Shown here piece after piece: positions 7,605 through 9,406 of a DNA stretch of 9,406 nt (positions are counted from its first letter, which is position 1; every line of letters starts with the position of its first letter). This DNA is from Octopus sinensis (lineage: Eukaryota). The notes beneath the pieces were generated by a model, which had not been told where the DNA came from, did not search any database, and worked only from the letters and a program-made list of their open reading frames with translations. The DNA lies in NCBI RefSeq assembly GCF_006345805.1, contig NW_021827895.1, positions 1-9,406 of the forward strand, in the 5' to 3' direction. A program made the position numbers and the translations under genes.

Positions 7605-8040
7605 ACGCTATTATCCACTGATCATGAATGGTGGAAAATGTCCGAAAGATTACGATCGGAAATACCGGGAGCCGGAACTGGCTTCCTATGAAAAGTGTCT
7701 GGAATAACGTTACTCGATAGGGTGTATAACTCGGAGATTAGGAAGTCACTCGAGACTGAATCACCCTTTCTGTGCATTGAGATGCCACAGCTTTGATTTT
7801 ACGGAGATGTAATAAGAATGTTATAAGAAGGAATCGCAGACGGATTCTTCAACCTGTGAAAACCGACGACAGAAAACCTTGGGTTAAGTCCAGAAGGAGA
7901 TGAGTGGGTAATATGGACAGTGCCGGTCGGTCATGCGTTGGTCTTAGAAGGTCTTAGGACGGTTGCTTCTGAAAGGATCTTATGGAAAAAGGGCCTGTTG
8001 TACCTACTCCGACCGTCATAGGAATAGTGAGAGTAGGAAT
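7605..8040 (+). mobile_element. Decayed 3' end of an RTE-clade non-LTR retrotransposon (C-terminal ORF region)
   Basis: Manual translation gives TLLSTDHEWWKMSERLRSEIPGAGTGFL*KVSGITLLDRVYNSEIRKSLETESPFLCIEMPQL*FYGDVIRML, then (frameshift) RRRILQPVKTDDRKPWVKSRRR*VGN, then (frameshift) LRTVASERILWKKGLLYLLRPS* (TAG 8019-8021). This follows the RTE C-terminal pattern YG.E.W...FLR.I.G.T..DR..N..IR...QLRW.GHV.RM...R..GRPR.RW...A.DR..W. Confidence 0.85.
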
Positions 8041-8180
8041 AAAGGAGGGACGGACACACGGACGAAAGGGGCGGAGGGAGAGATGAATGGATAAATGAAT
8101 GTATGGATGAATAGATGGATGGATGGACGGATGGACAGCCGTCCGGCCGGAAAGACGGTTGGATAGTTTGTTAAATGGAT
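8041..8180 (+). repeat. Degenerate (GGAT)/(GGAC)/(GAAT)n tail of the RTE fragment
   Basis: Purine-rich tetranucleotide repeats start immediately after the LINE 3' end; short tandem-repeat tails are typical of RTE elements. Confidence 0.75.
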
Positions 8181-8498
8181 GAAGATACTTCACTGAAGAG
8201 AAGTAAAGATGCTCTTTAGAAATGTAAGAATAATCATATTTGATTTTCTTTTCTCTGAAATCCTGAGCTTTTGTGTACTAACAAATAAGTCATTATCACA
8301 TATTGAATATTCAGTAATTGGGCATTAATTGGATTATTGTAATTGACAATAGAGAATGAAATTTATATGCTAAATATAATTCGTTGATTAATTACCTGAA
8401 CTATTATCATCGTTATGTGTTTTCCGCAGTTCCTCGCTACTTTTTATAATTCTTTTCTTACCGCTTCATGAAATGCGTCTCGGCATTCGAGTGATGAT

Positions 8499-8967
8499 TA
8501 TATTATTTAAATTTTCAGGCAGTGTAAGGTTGTTTGTAGGACATGAAATGTTCCTCTGATGTGGGTTTCATTTGGTTTCCACTTGTATTAGTTTGTTGTA
8601 CATTCGTTCGTCTTTACGTTCTGAGTTCAAATTCCGCCGGGGTCGACTTTGCCTTTCATCCTCTCGGGGTCGATAAATAAAGTACCATTTCGCACTGGGT
8701 CGATATAATCGACTTAATCCCTTTGTCTGTCCTTGTTTGTCCCCTCTATGTTTAGCCCCTTGTGGGCAATAAAGAAATATATATTATTTAAATTTTCAGG
8801 CATTGTGAGGTTGTTTGTAGGACATGAAGTTTTACTCTGATGTGGGTTTCATTTGGTTTCCACTTGCATTATTTTGTTGTACATTCGTTCGTCTTTACGT
8901 TCTGAGTTCAAATTCCTCCGAGGTCGACTCTGCATTTCATCCTTTCGGGATCGATAAATTAAGTAGC
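8499..8967 (+). repeat. Direct duplication of 188 bp (8499-8686 and 8780-8967; period 281) made of ~100 bp unique flank plus a headless SINE-A core
   Basis: Manual alignment finds about 15 substitutions and no indels in 188 bp. Both copies have the identical flank/SINE junction TACATTCGTTCGTCTTTACG. Confidence 0.95.
8601..8779 (+). mobile_element. Headless SINE-A with tail-1
   Basis: Core followed by TAATCCCTTTGTCTGTCCTTGTTTGTCCCC...TTGTGGGCAATAAAGAAATA. Confidence 0.9.
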
Positions 8968-9023
8968 TGTCATCGATTTAACCCCTCCCCAGAAATTTCT
9001 GGCCTTGTGCCAAAATTTGAAAT
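8886..9023 (+). mobile_element. 5'-truncated SINE-A with tail-2, flanked by a perfect 19-bp target-site duplication
   Basis: CATTATTTTGTTGTACATT occurs at 8867-8885 and 9024-9042. The tail reads ATCGATTTAACCCCTCCCCAGAAATTTCTGGCCTTGTGCC. Confidence 0.9.
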
Positions 9024-9047
9024 CATTATTTTGTTGTACATTATATT

Positions 9048-9235
9048 GGAAAGATAGCAGAATTGTTAAGGCGCTAGACAAAATGTTTAGCGGCCTTTCC
9101 TCCGGGCACTTTTGTTCAAATCTAGCTGAGGTTCACTTTGCCTTTCATCATTTTGGGGTTGATAATATAACGACCAGTTGAGGATTTGAGTCGATATAAT
9201 GGACTTGTTCCGCCTCCATAACGTCAGGCCTTGTA
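9048..9235 (+). mobile_element. Old, strongly diverged SINE-A copy (head, core and tail-2-like end)
   Basis: GCAGAATTGTTAAGGCGCTAGACAAAATGTTTAGCGG...GTTCAAATCTAGCTGAGGTTCACTTTGCCTTTCATC...GTCGATATAATGGACTT...CAGGCCTTGT is collinear with the younger copies. Confidence 0.8.
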
Positions 9236-9379
9236 ACTTTAGGTTGATCGGGAATTTTTTGAAGGAATTTGTCCAAAAGCTTCTTAAAATGTATGGGTTC
9301 TGTTTCTGCTTTAATGTGTTTTCGTGTAATGTTAAAGGGAGCGGGGCCAATTGAGGTGAAATAATTGTGCCGTATTGCA

Positions 9380-9406
9380 TATATGTATTGTATGTATATA
9401 TATATA
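9380..9406. repeat. (TA)/(TATG)n microsatellite at the window edge
   Basis: Read directly. Confidence 0.85.

Noticed and set aside
6971-7618. ORFs MRNWYLIYQPRKDERQSRPRR and similar (also 9087-9380)
   Set aside because: These are antisense translations of SINE-A; their recurrence reflects the repeat, not a gene family.
8005-8040. RTE fragment as the partner LINE of the local SINEs
   Set aside because: Its 3' end and GGAT-type tail show no visible similarity to SINE-A tail-1 or tail-2, SINE-B or SINE-C ends.

Overview
This is AT-rich, repeat-dense eukaryotic non-coding DNA, intronic or intergenic. The SINE families look like those I recall from octopus (coleoid cephalopod) genomes; this is recognition from memory, not a database result. 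No intact protein-coding gene is supported, and most ORFs in the track are translations of microsatellites or SINEs. Supported content: (i) a decayed Penelope-like retroelement RT fragment (1-415, -) and, nearby on the opposite strand, a minimal hammerhead-ribozyme-like motif (1077-1126); (ii) a decayed 3' end of an RTE-clade LINE (7605-8040, +) with a GGAT-type tail; (iii) three short-retroposon families, here labelled SINE-A, -B and -C. SINE-A occurs as a TSD-flanked trimer, a dimer, a 281-bp-period chimeric duplication and single copies with two alternative tails; (iv) a perfect 29-bp-arm hairpin (4455-4516); (v) many microsatellites; (vi) an unproven + strand exon candidate (3544-3699). 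The most interesting signals are the multimeric or chimeric SINE-A architectures, the hammerhead-like motif and the perfect hairpin. I see no firm evidence of a wholly new system; the findings are testable hypotheses.
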